Origin: an uncultured delta proteobacterium
GTDB lineage: Bacteria; Myxococcota; Kuafuiibacteriia; Kuafuiibacteriales; Kuafuiibacteriaceae
NCBI GenBank assembly: GCA_963803435.1
Contig: CAWDML010000008.1
Coordinates: forward strand, 1 to 64,000
DNA: 64,000 bases
Direction of reading: 5' to 3'
In this document: one piece after another, positions 9,082 through 18,244 of the stretch
Layout of the letters: each line of letters opens with the position of its first letter
Numbering within the stretch: position 1 is the stretch's first letter
Made by a program: the position numbers and the translations under genes
Notes under the pieces: generated by a model
Seen by the model: only the letters and a program-made list of their open reading frames with translations
Databases searched by the model: none
What the model was told of the DNA's origin: nothing

Positions 9082-10584
9082 ATGCAGGTGACCCACGAGG
9101 TTCTGGTCGAGGAGGCTCGATTCATTCTCAGGACGCTGCAACGCGAAGATCTGTTTGGAGAGCGAGTCCGGCTCACGGAAGCCGAGCGCGTGCTCGACAC
9201 TTCGATCTCTCTCAGCTTTGCCGACTATTGCGGGTTCTTGAACAAGTATGGGTACACGCGGATCGACCAGCTCGCGAATCTGATCGAGGTGACCGAAGGA
9301 GGCGCACAGGTGGCGCAGGATCTGGATGATGCCGAGTTCCACGCGCGCCTCTCGCGGCACTTCGCCAAGGAGCTCGGGCAGGGCGCGCTCTCCGTTCGAC
9401 CGCTCCCGCGCACGGATCCCGGCGTGGCCTCCTCGCGGCCCTCGTCGCCGCCTGTCGGCGAGCGGCCCGGCTCCAGCGGGGACGACGTCCTCGATCGCCG
9501 CTATCGCCGGGGTGAGGCCATCGGCTCGGGGACGATCGGTACGGTGTACCGGGGACAGCACGTGAGCCTGGCGCGACGCATGGCCATCAAGGAGGCCCGC
9601 GGCATCTTCCAGTTCGCCAGCTACCTGCGGCGGGACGAGATCGTGCGCCGCCTGCGCACGACGATCGAGACCCACGCGGCCATCGTTCATCCCAACATCG
9701 TCCAGATCATCGATCAGAATCCGGAGCGCGAGTTCCCATATTTCGTGATGGAGCTGGCCGAGGGCGGGAACCTGCGGCAGCGGATGTCGGCGTCGGCCGA
9801 GGGCCGGCTCGAGCTCCCCTTCGCGGTCCGGGTGCTGCTCCAGATCTGTCACGCGCTCGAACACGCGCACGGGCAGGGGCTCCTCCATCTGGGGCTCAAG
9901 CCAGAGAACGTGTTGTTCGATCAGATGGGCAACGTGAAGCTCACCGACTTCGGATTCACGCGTATCACCGAGCGTACCGACGATGCCGCCAACACGCCGG
10001 TCCTCGTGGGTGGCGGCACCGTCGGCTACATGGCGCCGGAGCGGCTGCAGACCAGCGGTGAGTCCCAGGCCGCCGCCGCCGCCGACATCTACGCGCTCGG
10101 CGTGCTGTTCTACGAGATGATCACGGGCAAGCTCCCCGGTCGTCGCTCGCCCCTGCCGTCGCAGGCGCGCAAGGACGTGCCGACCTCGTTCGACGACGTT
10201 TTCGACAAGATGACGCGCGACGAGCTGTCCGAGCGCTACACGCGGATCGAGGACGTGCTCGAGGGCGTGTACCGCGCCTTCCCCAGCAAGGAGGTCTTCG
10301 CGCCCGGCACCATCCTGCTGTGGGCCAACGACCCGCAGCCGCTCCCGAAGCCGATCGAAGCGCCGCCGCCGGCCCCGGTCGCCGTCCCGGCGCCCGCACC
10401 CTCGAACGACAGCGAGAGCAAGACGGGGGAGATCGACGTCCCGAGCGAGGTCCGGGCCTCGGTGGCGCCGCTCAGGGCCACCAGGCCGGAGGTCATCCCC
10501 CGGAGCCAGGACGCCGAGAGCGCAAAGCCGGGCCGGGGCGAGCCGAAGGGGAAGCGGCCGCCTCCGCCGCCGCCGCGGAAATGA
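9082..10584 (+). CDS. Hanks-type Ser/Thr protein kinase with N-terminal extra domain and Pro-rich tail
   Basis: IGSGTIGTVY, AIKE, HPNIVQI, HLGLKPEN, DFG, YMAPE, DIYALG. Start estimated at MQVTHE. Confidence 0.88.
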   Translation: MQVTHEVLVEEARFILRTLQREDLFGERVRLTEAERVLDTSISLSFADYCGFLNKYGYTRIDQLANLIEVTEGGAQVAQDLDDAEFHARLSRHFAKELGQGALSVRPLPRTDPGVASSRPSSPPVGERPGSSGDDVLDRRYRRGEAIGSGTIGTVYRGQHVSLARRMAIKEARGIFQFASYLRRDEIVRRLRTTIETHAAIVHPNIVQIIDQNPEREFPYFVMELAEGGNLRQRMSASAEGRLELPFAVRVLLQICHALEHAHGQGLLHLGLKPENVLFDQMGNVKLTDFGFTRITERTDDAANTPVLVGGGTVGYMAPERLQTSGESQAAAAADIYALGVLFYEMITGKLPGRRSPLPSQARKDVPTSFDDVFDKMTRDELSERYTRIEDVLEGVYRAFPSKEVFAPGTILLWANDPQPLPKPIEAPPPAPVAVPAPAPSNDSESKTGEIDVPSEVRASVAPLRATRPEVIPRSQDAESAKPGRGEPKGKRPPPPPPRK

Positions 10585-10598
10585 GATAAGGTGGGCGG

Positions 10599-11588
10599 AT
10601 GGCGGCCGGCGAGAAGGGCGGCGATGAGAGCGCCCAGGTCACCGAAGAGACGCCGGCCTTTCGCGACGCGAACGAGACCCATCCGCCGATCGATCCCTGG
10701 GTCGAGCTCACCGACGCCGGCGCGGACGAAGAGGACGAGGATGACCCGGACGTGGTCGACGCCGTCGCCTGGGTCGAACAGGAGTTCCCGCCGGACGGCC
10801 CGGTCGCGGCACCGCTCGATGCTCCGGTCGCGAGCTTCGATCAGGCGCTGGCGCCGACCGCGGATCTCGAGCCTCCGCCGCTCCGCGAGCGTCCCCGGCC
10901 GCCCAGCATGCGCTCCCGTCTCCTCGACGAGCTCGAGCCGTCCCACTATCAACAGGAGGTCCGCCAGCTCCTGAGCCCGGAGCGTCCGGCGCCGATCAAT
11001 CGCCCGGTGGTGGTGGCGCGAAAGACCCCGGCGCGAAAGGCCTCCAGGACGGAGGTCATCCCGCGGAGCCAGGACAGCGGGACCGGGAAGGCCTCCAGGC
11101 CGGAGGTCGTCGCCGGCAAACGCGAGCTGACCTCGGCGCACGAGCGGGGCCGGGCCAAGGCCCCCGAGCGGCGCTATCCGAAGATGATGGGGCTCCTGAA
11201 GAACAGCGATGCGGTCCCCTATGGGATCGCGCCGGAGCGCGAGCCGCCGCCGCCGCCGGTGCCCGGAACGTTCTTTCCCGCGCCGCGTCCGCCCTTGTTC
11301 GAGCGTCCCGCGCCGGCCGATCTCGACGAGCTGCTCGCGACGATGGCCGAGGGCCTCCTGATCGGCGAGACCCCCGACGGAGGTACCGAGGTGCGGGTCA
11401 CGCTGCGCGACGAGTTCTTCGCCGGTACCGAGCTCCGCATCCGCGTCGTCGGCGGCGAGGTCTCGGCGCAGCTCATGCCGCCCGATCGCGACATCTACTG
11501 GCAGCTCAACGGCAACCTCGACGAGCTGCGGGAACGGCTGGCCGACCGCGGTCTGACCGTTGCAGAGCTCACCGTGCTGGAGCCGTGA
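10599..11588 (+). CDS. Acidic/Pro-rich protein with C-terminal FliK/SctP-like domain
   Basis: Low-complexity N-terminus; C-terminal EVRVTLRDEFFAGTELRIRVVGGEVSAQL...LDELRERLADRGLTV resembles hook/needle-length control C-domains (by eye). Confidence 0.55.
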   Translation: MAAGEKGGDESAQVTEETPAFRDANETHPPIDPWVELTDAGADEEDEDDPDVVDAVAWVEQEFPPDGPVAAPLDAPVASFDQALAPTADLEPPPLRERPRPPSMRSRLLDELEPSHYQQEVRQLLSPERPAPINRPVVVARKTPARKASRTEVIPRSQDSGTGKASRPEVVAGKRELTSAHERGRAKAPERRYPKMMGLLKNSDAVPYGIAPEREPPPPPVPGTFFPAPRPPLFERPAPADLDELLATMAEGLLIGETPDGGTEVRVTLRDEFFAGTELRIRVVGGEVSAQLMPPDRDIYWQLNGNLDELRERLADRGLTVAELTVLEP

Positions 11589-12457
11589 ACGATCGATCGC
11601 CGTCTCCCTGGCCGCCCTATGGGGTGGCGCTGGCTGCATTCCTCGGGCTGGGGATCGCGTTCGTGGTGGTGGTGGATCTCGCCGTCGCGGCGGCGGTGAA
11701 GCGCGGGGCGCTCCCCGCCATGCCCGACCCGGCGGAGATGATGCACGCCTCCGATGTCGCATTCGGATCTCCGGCGAAGAAGCTGGCCGTGTCGATCGCG
11801 CTGAACGCGCTGCTCCTGTCGCTCTTCGCGGTGCTGGCGTCGACGGCGGGGCTGGGCGCTCGGAGGCGCGCGCAGGCGCTGGTCGTTCGCATGAACCTTT
11901 CGCCGCCCGCCGCCGGGCAGGTCGTGATCGCGATCCTCGGTCTGATCGGGCTCACCACCGCGCTCGACTCGATCGTCCAGCTGCTGGGGCTGGGAGACGT
12001 GGGGGCGCTCGCGGACATTCGCTCCGCGCTGGCGCCGCTCTCGCTCTCGGAGCGGCTCCTTTTCGGCGCGCTCATCGGGATCGGACCCGGCGTTACCGAG
12101 GAGCTGTTCTTCCGCGGCTATCTACTGAATAGAATATCCGCCGTTCAGGGCACCCGTGTCGGGCTGGTGGCCTCCTCGATCATCTTCGGTCTCTTTCACG
12201 CCGATCCCGTACACACACCGCTGGCCACGGTGATGGGCCTCTATCTGGGCTTCTGTCTGCTCGAGACGCGCTCGCTCTGGGTTCCCATCGCGGCGCACGC
12301 GGCCAACAACGCGCTGGCCGCGCTGACCTCCGGCTGGCAGCAAACCGAACTGCAAGCCGCCTTGCTGATTCCCCTGGGAATCATGGCCTGTGGAGCAGCG
12401 ATCACGTTGCTCTCCCGGCGAGACCGACTGCTATCTCGGCGGACCGTCGTGTGGTAG
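11585..12457 (+). CDS. CPBP (Abi/CAAX) family intramembrane metalloprotease
   Basis: EELFFRG, FGLFH and SLWVPIAAHAANN motifs; multiple TM helices. Confidence 0.92.
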   Translation: MNDRSPSPWPPYGVALAAFLGLGIAFVVVVDLAVAAAVKRGALPAMPDPAEMMHASDVAFGSPAKKLAVSIALNALLLSLFAVLASTAGLGARRRAQALVVRMNLSPPAAGQVVIAILGLIGLTTALDSIVQLLGLGDVGALADIRSALAPLSLSERLLFGALIGIGPGVTEELFFRGYLLNRISAVQGTRVGLVASSIIFGLFHADPVHTPLATVMGLYLGFCLLETRSLWVPIAAHAANNALAALTSGWQQTELQAALLIPLGIMACGAAITLLSRRDRLLSRRTVVW

Positions 12458-12470
12458 CGATCGATTCCCC

Positions 12471-13967
12471 ATGACCGACCGGTGGCCCGCGTTCGAATCG
12501 CGCATGCACGAGCTCAAGGACCTCGACGGGATCCTCGGCCTGTTGAGCTGGGACGAGGAGACCTACGTCCCCGCCAAGGGTCGCGTCTCGCGTGGAGACC
12601 AGACGGCGACGCTCGAGTCGATCCGCCACCAGCGGCTCGTCGATCCGCGGCTGGGCGATCTGCTCGAGACACTCGGCGAGGAGGTCTCCGATCCCGTGCG
12701 TTCCACGTGCGTGCGGCGGGTGAAGCGCCTCCGTGATCTGGCGGTGAAGGTGCCGGAGGCGCTCGTGAAGGAGATCGCGCAGGCCCGCTCCCCGTCGCTG
12801 GGCGCCTGGCAGGAGGCGCGGAGGAACGATGACTTCGCGCACTTCCGACCGCACCTGGAGAAGATGCTGCATCTGCTGGGGCAGAAGGCCGACGCGCTCG
12901 AGCCCGCGAGCGGCGATCGCTATGACGCGCTCCTCGATGAATACGAGCCGGAGATGACGCGCGCGCAGCTGGAGCCGGTACTCGGGGCGATGCGGGACGG
13001 GCTGGTGCCGCTGGTCGAGGCGATCGTCGCGACCGGCCGCCAGCCGCGGCGCGACTTCCTCGAGCGGACGTATCCCGAGGGCGTGCAGTGGGACGTCACG
13101 ATGCGGCTCCTGCGCGATCTGGGCTTCGACCTCGATCGCGGCCGTCAGGACCGATCGGCCCACCCGTTCACCGGGGGCACCTCGCTCCTCGATGTTCGTG
13201 TCACGACGCGGATCTTCGAGCGGAACCCGCTCTCGGCAATCTTTTCGACCGTGCACGAGTGTGGCCACGGCCTCTATGAACAGGGCTTCGACGAGGCGTA
13301 CTACCGGACGCCGCTGGCGGCGGCGCCCAGCATGGGCATCCACGAGTCACAGTCGCGCCTGTGGGAGAACATCGTCGGTCGCAGCCGTCCGTTCTGGAAG
13401 CACTATCTCCCGGAGCTGAAGAAGGTGTTCGGCCCGCAGCTCGAGGGCGTCGGGCTCGACGACTTCTACGCTGCCGTGAACCTCGTAGAGCCCTCGACGG
13501 TGCGCGTCGAGGCGGACGAGGTCACCTACAACCTCCACATCCTGGTGCGCTTCGAGATCGAGCTGGCGCTGATCACCGGTGATCTCGCGCCTGCCGATCT
13601 GCCGGCCGCCTGGCGGGAGAAGATGAAGGCCTATCTCGGCATCGAGCCGAAGAACGACGCGGACGGTTGCCTCCAAGACATTCACTGGGCGTGGGGCTCG
13701 GTCGGGTACTTTCCGACGTACAGCCTGGGCAATCTCTGGTCGGCGCAGCTCATGAACGCCTACGAGAAGCATCGGCCCGCGGTATGGACCGACGTCGAAG
13801 CGGGGGACTTTGCGCCGCTGCTGTCGTGGCTGCGGACGAACATCCACCGTCGAGGCTTCCTCAACTCGGCGCAGGAGACCATCCAGGCCGCCACCGGCCA
13901 GCCGTTGAAGGTGGAGCCCTTCCTCGAGTATCTGCGTGTGAAGTATCGGGCGCTCTACGGCGCGTAG
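12471..13967 (+). CDS. Carboxypeptidase Taq, peptidase family M32
   Basis: HPF, DVRVTT, HECGH, HESQSR, RVEADE, GCLQDIHW and GYFPTYSLG motifs. Confidence 0.96.
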   Translation: MTDRWPAFESRMHELKDLDGILGLLSWDEETYVPAKGRVSRGDQTATLESIRHQRLVDPRLGDLLETLGEEVSDPVRSTCVRRVKRLRDLAVKVPEALVKEIAQARSPSLGAWQEARRNDDFAHFRPHLEKMLHLLGQKADALEPASGDRYDALLDEYEPEMTRAQLEPVLGAMRDGLVPLVEAIVATGRQPRRDFLERTYPEGVQWDVTMRLLRDLGFDLDRGRQDRSAHPFTGGTSLLDVRVTTRIFERNPLSAIFSTVHECGHGLYEQGFDEAYYRTPLAAAPSMGIHESQSRLWENIVGRSRPFWKHYLPELKKVFGPQLEGVGLDDFYAAVNLVEPSTVRVEADEVTYNLHILVRFEIELALITGDLAPADLPAAWREKMKAYLGIEPKNDADGCLQDIHWAWGSVGYFPTYSLGNLWSAQLMNAYEKHRPAVWTDVEAGDFAPLLSWLRTNIHRRGFLNSAQETIQAATGQPLKVEPFLEYLRVKYRALYGA

Positions 13968-14380
13968 GTGTACATCTCGGGCTCTTCGGGCTCGGTCCAA
14001 TCCGCCGGGTGCACGCTGGTCACGCGCGCGCCGGGCCGGACCCGGACCGCGATGGGCGTGTGGTCACCGCAGGACTCGTCGAGCCCGCACCGCACGGCCT
14101 GGGTGAAGTAGGCGCGCACGCCCGGGAGAATGCTCTCGGTGTGGGCGTAGACCTTGTACTCACCCGCCGGCACCTCGATGTGATAGGCGAGCGTGTCCTC
14201 GAGGTAGGTGAGCTTCTTGGTGCAGCGGATCGCGCCCTTCGCGTTCTCCGCACAGACCTGGAGATCCTTCGGGACGTCGCAGGCAGGGAAGAGGAGGGCC
14301 CCCTCGATCACGCCCCGGCCCTGGGCGGGGGCGGCTCCGTTACCGGCGATGGCGAGCGCGAGCCAAACCACGGGAAGCAT
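13955..14380 (-). CDS. Secreted hypothetical protein with several Cys residues
   Basis: Signal-peptide-like N-terminus, VPAGEYKVYA strand, YFTQAVRCGL...CGDH. Confidence 0.6.
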   Translation of the reverse strand: MLPVVWLALAIAGNGAAPAQGRGVIEGALLFPACDVPKDLQVCAENAKGAIRCTKKLTYLEDTLAYHIEVPAGEYKVYAHTESILPGVRAYFTQAVRCGLDESCGDHTPIAVRVRPGARVTSVHPADWTEPEEPEMYTYAP

Positions 14381-14519
14381 TTGCGGGGTCGATCGCAGGA
14401 AGCGGACCAGGTCTCAAAGCGAGCGGTTTCAGCGAGATGCGTGGTGGGTGGGACCCGGCAGCGGTCGACTTGACCCAACGCCCTGCCCCCGAGTGACCCA
14501 ACTCTTCGGGAGACCCCGC

Positions 14520-15020
14520 TCAGGGTGCGAGGCTGAGCGCACCGTCCAGCTCGAGGATGGAGAGGTGGCCGACCAGCGGAGCGACGCCCAGGATCTCGCG
14601 CAGGGCCTGCTGGCGGCCGAGCGGGACCACGTCCTCGATGAGCGGGCGGAGGCGGTGGCAGTGCTCGACCTGGGCCGGATCGCGAACGCCGAGCGAAGGA
14701 AAGAGGCTCCGGAACGAGAGATGGGAGACGGGCTCATCGGCCTCGCCGTTGCCCCCCACGAACGTGGTGGGCCTTCCACCGTTCCAGGCGTTTACGAGGC
14801 CCGAGCGGCGAGGATCGATGAACGTGGTGTCCCAGAAGCCGCGCGAGAGGATCGGGCTCTCGGCTGTGGAGGGCACCAGCTGATAGCTCCCCCAGAACAT
14901 GTCGCTCGGGTGCTGGTAGACCAGCGCGCCTGCGATCAGGCCGTCGAGCTCCACGAAATAGACCGCGGGCCAGATCCAGAAGTCTTCCATCCGCGTCACC
15001 ACCGTCCGCCCGTCTATCAC
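14520..15020 (-). CDS. Hypothetical protein
   Basis: 166 aa ORF starting 6 bp after the upstream stop on the same strand; aromatic-rich; no family recognised. Confidence 0.45.
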   Translation of the reverse strand: MIDGRTVVTRMEDFWIWPAVYFVELDGLIAGALVYQHPSDMFWGSYQLVPSTAESPILSRGFWDTTFIDPRRSGLVNAWNGGRPTTFVGGNGEADEPVSHLSFRSLFPSLGVRDPAQVEHCHRLRPLIEDVVPLGRQQALREILGVAPLVGHLSILELDGALSLAP

Positions 15021-15025
15021 AGCGA

Positions 15026-16447
15026 TCAGTACGTGACCATGCTGTCGAGCCGCTGCTGGATCTCGGCGGGCGCCATGGGGGTGCTGGCCTGCGTTTTCGT
15101 CTTCACGGCGTCCTGGGCCTTCTCCATCTCCTCGGTGGTCAGAGGTGCGGCGGCCTCGGCGTCCGAGAGCTTGCGCCCCTCGGCGGCCGCACGCTGGCGC
15201 CGTTCGTCCTTGATCTCCTGGACCACCTGGAAGAGCGCCTCGTCCACCGCGAACAGGCCGGCCGCCGGCGAGTACTCACCTCCGCACGCGTTCGATCCGG
15301 CCATGACGCTGATCCCCTTGCTGCTCCTGACGCGATAGAAGCCGAAGCCGGGTTCGAGGCCGCGCACGTGGCCGGCGCCGAGCGTACCGGAGAAGATCTT
15401 CTTGCCGCTGACCGCGTCTTCGACGTCGACCGCGCTGCCGTCGTAGTACGAGAAGAGCCAGAGCTCCTGGGGCGAGGTGATCAGGAAGTCGTGCTCGATG
15501 CCGGTGCCCTCCGCGCCGAAGCTGAAGTAGTGCTCGGCGTAGCCGCCCTGGTAGTGCTTGTACGGCGCGATGGCGACCGCGATCTCGTGATCCGCGACGA
15601 CCTTCACGTACTTCTTCGAGAGGGTGACGGCTTCGATTCCACCCTTCTTTACCTGACCGCGCCAGAGCGTCTCGCCATTGTCGACGTCGGTGACCACCAC
15701 GTTCGTGTTCGAGTAGTACGAGATGAGCTGGAGATCGTTCACGCCCTCGGTGATGTCTCCAACGTAGCCGTAGAAGATCTTGCCGGCGGCGCGGCCGTCG
15801 CGGGAGGGAATGAAGAAGCCCTCGTCGTAGTAGACCTCGACCATCAGCTGATCGCGGTCCGCGGCGATGTCGAGGACGTGGCTGCCGAGCGCGGCCAGCG
15901 TCTCGTACGGGATCGTGTAGTAGCGCCCTGCCTTGATCTCCGTCTTGGCGAGCGCCTTGTCGGCGGTCAAATCGGTGACTGTCGCCGACAGATCCTCCCA
16001 GGCCCACAACACGACGCGCGCGCCGGCAGCCGATACTCCGGAGGGAAGCTCGGTGAAGAAGTGATCGGAGCGGAAGGAACCCTCGCGATCGCGGACGAAG
16101 TAGCCGACCGCGGTGCAGCTCGAGGGCGTGCCGACCAGGACGGAGGCCTTCTTGTCGGTGAGAAAGCCGAAGACGCCGCGCCCGGTCCGGACCAGCTTGG
16201 TCTGACCGCGGCCGACGGTGCCCTCGAACACGGTGCCGTTCTTCTCCAGCGAGACGATTCGGACCTTGGTGTCGTTCTCGTAGCCATGGATCACCGCCTC
16301 GGCGGCGGTGAAGAAGTAGGTGGTGTACATCAGCCGCTGTTTCCCACCCGCCAGGACGTGGCCGGCTTTTTCGTCGCCGGCGCGGGCGGTTGAGACGGCC
16401 GAGAGCGTGGAGAGGGAGAGGACGAGGGGCAGAATGGAGAATCGCAC
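15026..16447 (-). CDS. Secreted beta-rich protein with four internal repeats (IgGFc-binding-like)
   Basis: Signal peptide ending TARA; four similar segments (see findings); charged helical C-terminus. Confidence 0.65.
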   Translation of the reverse strand: MRFSILPLVLSLSTLSAVSTARAGDEKAGHVLAGGKQRLMYTTYFFTAAEAVIHGYENDTKVRIVSLEKNGTVFEGTVGRGQTKLVRTGRGVFGFLTDKKASVLVGTPSSCTAVGYFVRDREGSFRSDHFFTELPSGVSAAGARVVLWAWEDLSATVTDLTADKALAKTEIKAGRYYTIPYETLAALGSHVLDIAADRDQLMVEVYYDEGFFIPSRDGRAAGKIFYGYVGDITEGVNDLQLISYYSNTNVVVTDVDNGETLWRGQVKKGGIEAVTLSKKYVKVVADHEIAVAIAPYKHYQGGYAEHYFSFGAEGTGIEHDFLITSPQELWLFSYYDGSAVDVEDAVSGKKIFSGTLGAGHVRGLEPGFGFYRVRSSKGISVMAGSNACGGEYSPAAGLFAVDEALFQVVQEIKDERRQRAAAEGRKLSDAEAAAPLTTEEMEKAQDAVKTKTQASTPMAPAEIQQRLDSMVTY

Positions 16448-16485
16448 GGCCGGTACAACGCGCGGCCTGCCGAAACGATCTTCCC

Positions 16486-17205
16486 TTACCTCAACCCTGA
16501 GCCCATGCGTGCCGTCACAGCCGCCCCGGTCATGAACGCGGCCGCGCCGACCGTCAGCATCCCGACCAGCACCAAGGACTGCGGGGCCGTCCCCGTCAGC
16601 GCGAGAATGCCGAGCACCGCCGCGCCGATGCCGGCGAGGATCCGGAGGCCGATCGAGCCTTCGACCGTCCGATTCTCGACCTGCTCGACCCGATAGGAGA
16701 CGTCGCCGCGCGGCGCCAGCTCCTCCACCTCGCGGACCGGTCCGCTGCTGATCAGCAGGCTCCCGCCGAAGACGATCGCGCTGATCGCGAGCAACGGCAG
16801 CTCGGCGAATCCGATCAAGGCCAGGATCCCGAGCACTACGCCGGTGGCGCCGGCGAGCGCCTGAATCGTCACGCCGCTGCCGAGCACGGTCCGCTCGCGG
16901 CGCGACTCGTAGCTGCGCGCCTTGCTCAGCGCCGCTCCGAACACACCGCTCTCGATCAGGAAGGCACCGCCCAGCCCGATCGCGCTGATCGCCGCCATGT
17001 AGAGGGGGAGCACTCCGACCAGGCCGAGAATGCCGAGCACGACGGCGCCCGCGCCGAGCAGCGTCTCGAAGCCGAAGCCGCCGGCCGTGAGCTTTGCGAC
17101 CTCACGCTCCTTCTGCGGAGGTGCGCTCACCGTCGTCTCCGTCTGGTGCTCGTGAGAGGTGATGACGTGCCTCTGGTTCTCCGGATGAATCGTGTCCTTC
17201 TCCAT
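16486..17205 (-). CDS. Integral membrane protein with three repeated hairpins
   Basis: VVLGILGLVG / VVLGILALIG / AVLGILALTG repeats. Confidence 0.7.
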   Translation of the reverse strand: MEKDTIHPENQRHVITSHEHQTETTVSAPPQKEREVAKLTAGGFGFETLLGAGAVVLGILGLVGVLPLYMAAISAIGLGGAFLIESGVFGAALSKARSYESRRERTVLGSGVTIQALAGATGVVLGILALIGFAELPLLAISAIVFGGSLLISSGPVREVEELAPRGDVSYRVEQVENRTVEGSIGLRILAGIGAAVLGILALTGTAPQSLVLVGMLTVGAAAFMTGAAVTARMGSGLR

Positions 17206-17315
17206 GTGGGCCCTGGCCTGCATACGATGGGCCCGCCGGTCACGCGCTCAGGCTCGCCGGCGATCGTGGTCCCGCGTGAAGCGGTTTGGCCGAGCCGAGA
17301 TCGAACGTCACAGGA

Positions 17316-18244
17316 TCATCGCGACGGCGCAGGGGACGCGCTCTGCTCGAGCGCGGCGCAGAAGAAGGCCGCCAGTCCTGCCAGATCGTTGTCGTACCAA
17401 CCCTGCGGATCGCGTGGGTTGAACCTCCAGAACAACGAGGGTGCGCGGAGGTGCTGTGCGTAGCTGGCGAGCACCGGAAAGATCTCGACGCAGACGGCCC
17501 AGGTGCGGTGCACGTGGTGCTGGTGGTCCTCCATCTCGCCGGTGAACTGATCGAAGGTCCGGCTCGCCAGACGCCGGTAGCGGGTCTTCCGCTGGCCGCG
17601 CGCGAACGCGGCGGCGAGCCGTCGGTACGCCTCGAAATCCTCGCGCGTCAGCACGCGCGGAGGGATCACGGTCCCCATGAAGGAGTGGAGGCTGACGCTG
17701 GCGAGGAGCTTCGCGCGGGCCAGGAGCGTCTCCACGGCCGCCGTCTCGGGCTCGCTGAAGGGGTGCGTTCCCCGATAGAAGGAGGTCCCCGGCCGATCGG
17801 AGCCGGCGAACGCGATCGGGAAGGAGCGGCCGGCGTGCGGCTTCGGGAAGTTGCGGTTGAGATCGACGCCCCGGGCGTTGGCGCGGAGCTCGATCAGCTT
17901 TCCCTCTCCGCCTTGCGCCACGGTTCGGGCGTAGCCGTCGACGTTGATGCACGGGAGGACGAAGACGTCGAGGCGCGTCCGGACCTCCGGGAAGCGTCCG
18001 TCGAGCAGCGCCTCCAGGAACGCGAGGGCCGTGTGGCTCGCGATCAGCTCGAGGCCGTGGATGTTGCCACAGAGGAGCACGGCCGCCTCGGGCTCGCGGA
18101 TGCAAGGTAGCTCGACACAGCGGATTCGGTCGCCCTTCGACGCTGTGGCCGAGGATCTCGGGCTCGACCCCGGCGCGTTCCGCCAGCCGATTCGAGCCGG
18201 GCTTCGCGCGCCTCCGGAGTCAGGTAGGGCGCGAGGTCGCTCAG
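17316..18244 (-). CDS. Zinc carboxypeptidase, family M14; N-terminus broken by two apparent indels near 18125 and 18190
   Basis: NIHGLE, PCINVDG, RANARGVDLNRNF, PFSEPET, SLHS. A coherent N-terminus (SDLAPYLTPEAREARL / RLAERAGVEPEILGHSVEGRP / IRCVELP) needs two frame changes; start uncertain. Confidence 0.8.
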
